Shown one piece after another: positions 61,167-64,000 of a DNA stretch of 64,000 nt (position 1 is its first letter; each line of letters opens with the position of its first letter). The notes beneath the pieces were generated by a model. The model was not told where the DNA came from and did not search any database. It saw nothing but the letters and a program-made list of their open reading frames with translations. Source of the DNA: Candidatus Multivoradales bacterium (GTDB lineage: Bacteria > Acidobacteriota > Thermoanaerobaculia > Multivoradales > Multivoraceae); the NCBI GenBank assembly GCA_965223325.1, contig CBDCWI010000002.1, positions 1,024,001 to 1,088,000 on the forward strand, in the 5' to 3' direction. The position numbers were made by a program, and so were the translations under genes.

Positions 61167-63209
61167 TCAGGGCTCGCGAACCTTGATCACCGCGAACGTG
61201 ACGTCGTCGGAGGGAGAATCCTCCGCCGAGAATCGCTCGACCTCGGCAGCCAGCTCTTCAATCGTTGCCTGCGGTGACGACGCGTGTGTCCCGCGCAGTA
61301 GGTCGTAGATCTTCTGGTAGCCGTAGACCTCACCGTCGGGACTGCGTAGCTCGGGGAAGCCGTCGCTCATCACCAGGAGACAGTCGCCAGGAGCGACTGT
61401 CAGCTCGCGCTGCTGGTAGACGGAATCTCGCATCGCCCCCAGGGGCATGCCGGGCAAGACGATCTCTTCGAGATCGTCGGCCGTGCCGCGATGGATGACG
61501 ACCGGTGGCATTCCCGCCGAGGCGATCACCACCGGGCGCGACCCGTCGGGCGCTGGCGCTTTGATGTGCACCATCACCAGGCTCATGGACATTCTTCTAA
61601 GGCCCATCGAATGAATCGTGCGCGAAGCGCGGGCAAGAAACTCGGCCAGGCTACGACCGCGGCCCGCGGGTGCCGAGCGCGCCGCGAAGAGACTCTTGAC
61701 TGCGGTCACCATGGTGCCCGCCATCGCACCATGGCCGGTGGCGTCGCCAACCACCACCAGGAGTTCATCCGCCTTGTCGGATTGGCGAAAGTCGTAGTAG
61801 TCACCGCCGACCTCGGCGGCCGTGCGCATGAAGAAGGCGACGTCGAGTCCGGCGATGGTCGGCAGCCGATCAGGCAACAGCGACAGCTGAAACTGGCGCG
61901 CGGCTTCGAGCTCGGCACTCTTTCGCTGATTGTCCTTCTCGAGCAGACGCTGCTGCAGCTGCTGCTCGACGATCTGATCCTGATTCGCCTGCAGCTCATC
62001 CGCCATGCGGTTGAAGGTCAGGGCGAGGGTCGCGACTTCGTCACGGCCCTTGATGCCGTCCGCGCGGGCATCGAGATCGCCGCCGCCGAGGCGCTCGGCG
62101 GAGGCAGTGAGTACGTTCAAGCGCCGCGACAGCCGGCCCGAGAGCGGCAACATGCCCAAGAGCGCCAAACCGATTCCACCCATGCCGACGAAAAAGTTCT
62201 TGATCGCCGCACTCTGGATCGCGGCCAGCGGTGCGCCGACCGGACGCGCAACTCCAAAGAGCAAGTCGGACTCGGGGTCCTTGCGGGTTGCGATCAGCCA
62301 ATCACCGACCACCGAAACCTGGCGATCGTCACCGCTGACCTGGCAAGCCTCGAAGAACTCAGACAGATCGCTGAGCTCCGGCGCCAGCGCCGGATCGGGC
62401 GTCAAGATGCGGCCGTCAGGATCGACTGCGAAAGGTACGTCACCGACCTTCATCCGGGTTTTCTGAAGAACCTCCCGCAAGAAGGCCTCTGGCCGAACGG
62501 CCGCACGCACCCTGCCCACCGGCATGCCGTTCTCCATCACCCGTGATTCGAAGGACTCACCGAGCAAGTGGAGGATCTGGGCGCGTTCGGCGGCCAGCTC
62601 GCTGAGTTGCTCAGTGAGCACCTCGGTCTCGAGGGCGTGGTCGATGGCAGAGTGGCTGTCGAGGTCCAACTCGCCCGAAGAAACCTGAGCCTTGATGCGA
62701 TGGACCTCGGCCAGGCGCCCGGCGACGCGGTTGATGCGCTCATCGACCCGGCGTGACTCGTGCTCGAGAATCGCTTGCGGTGCCTCCTCACCCTCGGCCG
62801 GCACGCCGGGCGGCAGCGGCGCCTCGGGCGCCTCGAGCTCGATGAACAGGCGGTCGCCGTCGCTAGCCCGCGATTCGTCAGGCAGCCACTCGACGCCGGC
62901 CAGGATTTCGGCCTGATCGCCCAACTGCGCTTCGATCTCACGCAGCAAAGCGAGTCGCTCCCCCGGACCGAGTTCAGAAGTCGCCAGCTCGGCGATCGGT
63001 AGACTTCTCAGCGAGTTGACGCGGCGCCTGAGGGCGCCCCGCATGGACCCCATGCGGCTGGCGATGTCGTCGGTGAGCTCGCGCGCTTCCGCCTCCACCG
63101 CAGTCTGGAATGCCGCGGTCGAGGACTGGTAAGAATAGACGACGATACCCGCCAGCGGTAATACCGAAAGCAGCAAGAAGCTGAGGATGAGCTGCGTGCG
63201 AATCTTCAT
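61167..63209 (-). CDS. HAMP + SpoIIE/PP2C-family protein phosphatase
   Basis: TM helices, HAMP (DEVATLALTFNRMA), EVGGDYYD, VGDATGHG, MSDG, DDVT. Confidence 0.92.
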   Translation of the reverse strand: MKIRTQLILSFLLLSVLPLAGIVVYSYQSSTAAFQTAVEAEARELTDDIASRMGSMRGALRRRVNSLRSLPIAELATSELGPGERLALLREIEAQLGDQAEILAGVEWLPDESRASDGDRLFIELEAPEAPLPPGVPAEGEEAPQAILEHESRRVDERINRVAGRLAEVHRIKAQVSSGELDLDSHSAIDHALETEVLTEQLSELAAERAQILHLLGESFESRVMENGMPVGRVRAAVRPEAFLREVLQKTRMKVGDVPFAVDPDGRILTPDPALAPELSDLSEFFEACQVSGDDRQVSVVGDWLIATRKDPESDLLFGVARPVGAPLAAIQSAAIKNFFVGMGGIGLALLGMLPLSGRLSRRLNVLTASAERLGGGDLDARADGIKGRDEVATLALTFNRMADELQANQDQIVEQQLQQRLLEKDNQRKSAELEAARQFQLSLLPDRLPTIAGLDVAFFMRTAAEVGGDYYDFRQSDKADELLVVVGDATGHGAMAGTMVTAVKSLFAARSAPAGRGRSLAEFLARASRTIHSMGLRRMSMSLVMVHIKAPAPDGSRPVVIASAGMPPVVIHRGTADDLEEIVLPGMPLGAMRDSVYQQRELTVAPGDCLLVMSDGFPELRSPDGEVYGYQKIYDLLRGTHASSPQATIEELAAEVERFSAEDSPSDDVTFAVIKVREP

Positions 63210-63333
63210 GGGTGGGTCGCCAGGGGAGTCGGGCCGGGCAATGGCAGGGTCGGACCAGAGGCCGAACAAGCGGAACCCTAGCGGAACCGACCTCGAGTAG
63301 GCGGGTGGGTGCCTGGCACGGCCTCTTGACTCT

Positions 63334-63801
63334 CTAACGCTCTAGCGGGCTGAGAGTTTCCCGGGCATCACTGGCGATGGCGAGCCAATCGACCAGGCTG
63401 CCTGGGGCAACCACCTCGACTCCGGCATGCGGCGAGCGCAACAACCGCGGATCGGTGGTGGCCAGGAAGCGCGCTCCGGAAACCGCCGCAGCAAGGAAGT
63501 ACTCGTCATCAATTGTCGAGCCAGAAGAGGCCGAGCCTGGGAGCGGCACACCGGTTGGGTCTACCAACACCGCGACTCCCGCCAAGGCGGCGATCAACTC
63601 GCCTGGATCACCGTCGAGATGGCGCCGGATCGTGCGCTGCCGAAGGGTGTTTTCGATCTCCTCGAGAATCGCCGGGGTGAGCACCGCGGCGAGCAGCTCA
63701 CCGCGAAGGCAGGCGCGCAGCAAGAGACCGCTGGGACCATCTGGCCGTAGGAGTCCACTGACCACGACGGCCGGGTCGAGAACGACGCTTTCAACCTGCA
63801 C
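63334..63801 (-). CDS. PIN-family putative toxin
   Basis: VVLDPAVVVSGLL..ILEEI..DDEYFLAAAVSGARFLATTDPRLL. Confidence 0.7.
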   Translation of the reverse strand: MQVESVVLDPAVVVSGLLRPDGPSGLLLRACLRGELLAAVLTPAILEEIENTLRQRTIRRHLDGDPGELIAALAGVAVLVDPTGVPLPGSASSGSTIDDEYFLAAAVSGARFLATTDPRLLRSPHAGVEVVAPGSLVDWLAIASDARETLSPLER

Positions 63802-63852
63802 GGCGCCCAGACCTCTTTGCACCGTCTAGGCGACAGGGCAAAGCGCTACGCG

Positions 63853-64000
63853 TCACGAGCGCCCTTGGCGGCTTTTCTTCTTCGCCTTTTGCGCAACCTG
63901 ATCGACCTGTTCGAGCGCCAGCTTGCGCGCTTGTCGGTCGAGCGCTTCCAAGAGCCTCAGTTCGGACGCCTTCTCCATACGCGCCAGGCGCTCGACTGAG
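63853..64000 (-). CDS. Probable antitoxin, C-terminal part (5' end outside window)
   Basis: Manual translation SVERLARMEKASELRLLEALDRQARKLALEQVDQVAQKAKKKSRQGRS*, directly upstream of the PIN gene. Confidence 0.5.
   Translation of the reverse strand, partial: SVERLARMEKASELRLLEALDRQARKLALEQVDQVAQKAKKKSRQGRS

Noticed and set aside
60739-61308. 189-aa plus-strand ORF
   Set aside because: Antisense shadow of the Smr-domain frame.

Overview
High-GC bacterial chromosomal window with about 50 CDS. The gene content resembles Acidobacteriota (Thermoanaerobaculia-like), which is an inference. I found no rRNA, tRNA, CRISPR array, integrase or transposase. Most genes are housekeeping or accessory enzymes: ettA, dacB, SMUG1, M1 and M61 peptidases, an SLC13 permease, a TonB receptor with PepSY partner, and signalling proteins. 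Highlights: (1) A lipid-storage cluster (GNAT, WS/DGAT, phaR, phasin, PhaE-like, class III phaC, GNAT, alpha/beta hydrolase). Three of its proteins carry histone-H1-like Lys/Ala tails, and five TGC-N3-GCA boxes surround a TTGACA-17-TACGAT promoter. (2) Two homologous tandem arrays (about 254-bp and 243-bp units) bracket that cluster. Each ends in an 18-bp perfect inverted repeat that differs between arrays but stays paired, and overlaps the TAG stop of the converging gene. (3) A DUF3179 gene with an in-frame UGA forming U-x-x-C, a probable selenoprotein. (4) A 2252-aa TamB-POTRA-Omp85 fusion. (5) Genes missed or mis-called by the ORF track: a GT39 glycosyltransferase at the left edge, a frameshifted Smr gene, a frameshifted M61 C-terminus and an antitoxin at the right edge. 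Family calls come from motif recognition by eye, not database searches.
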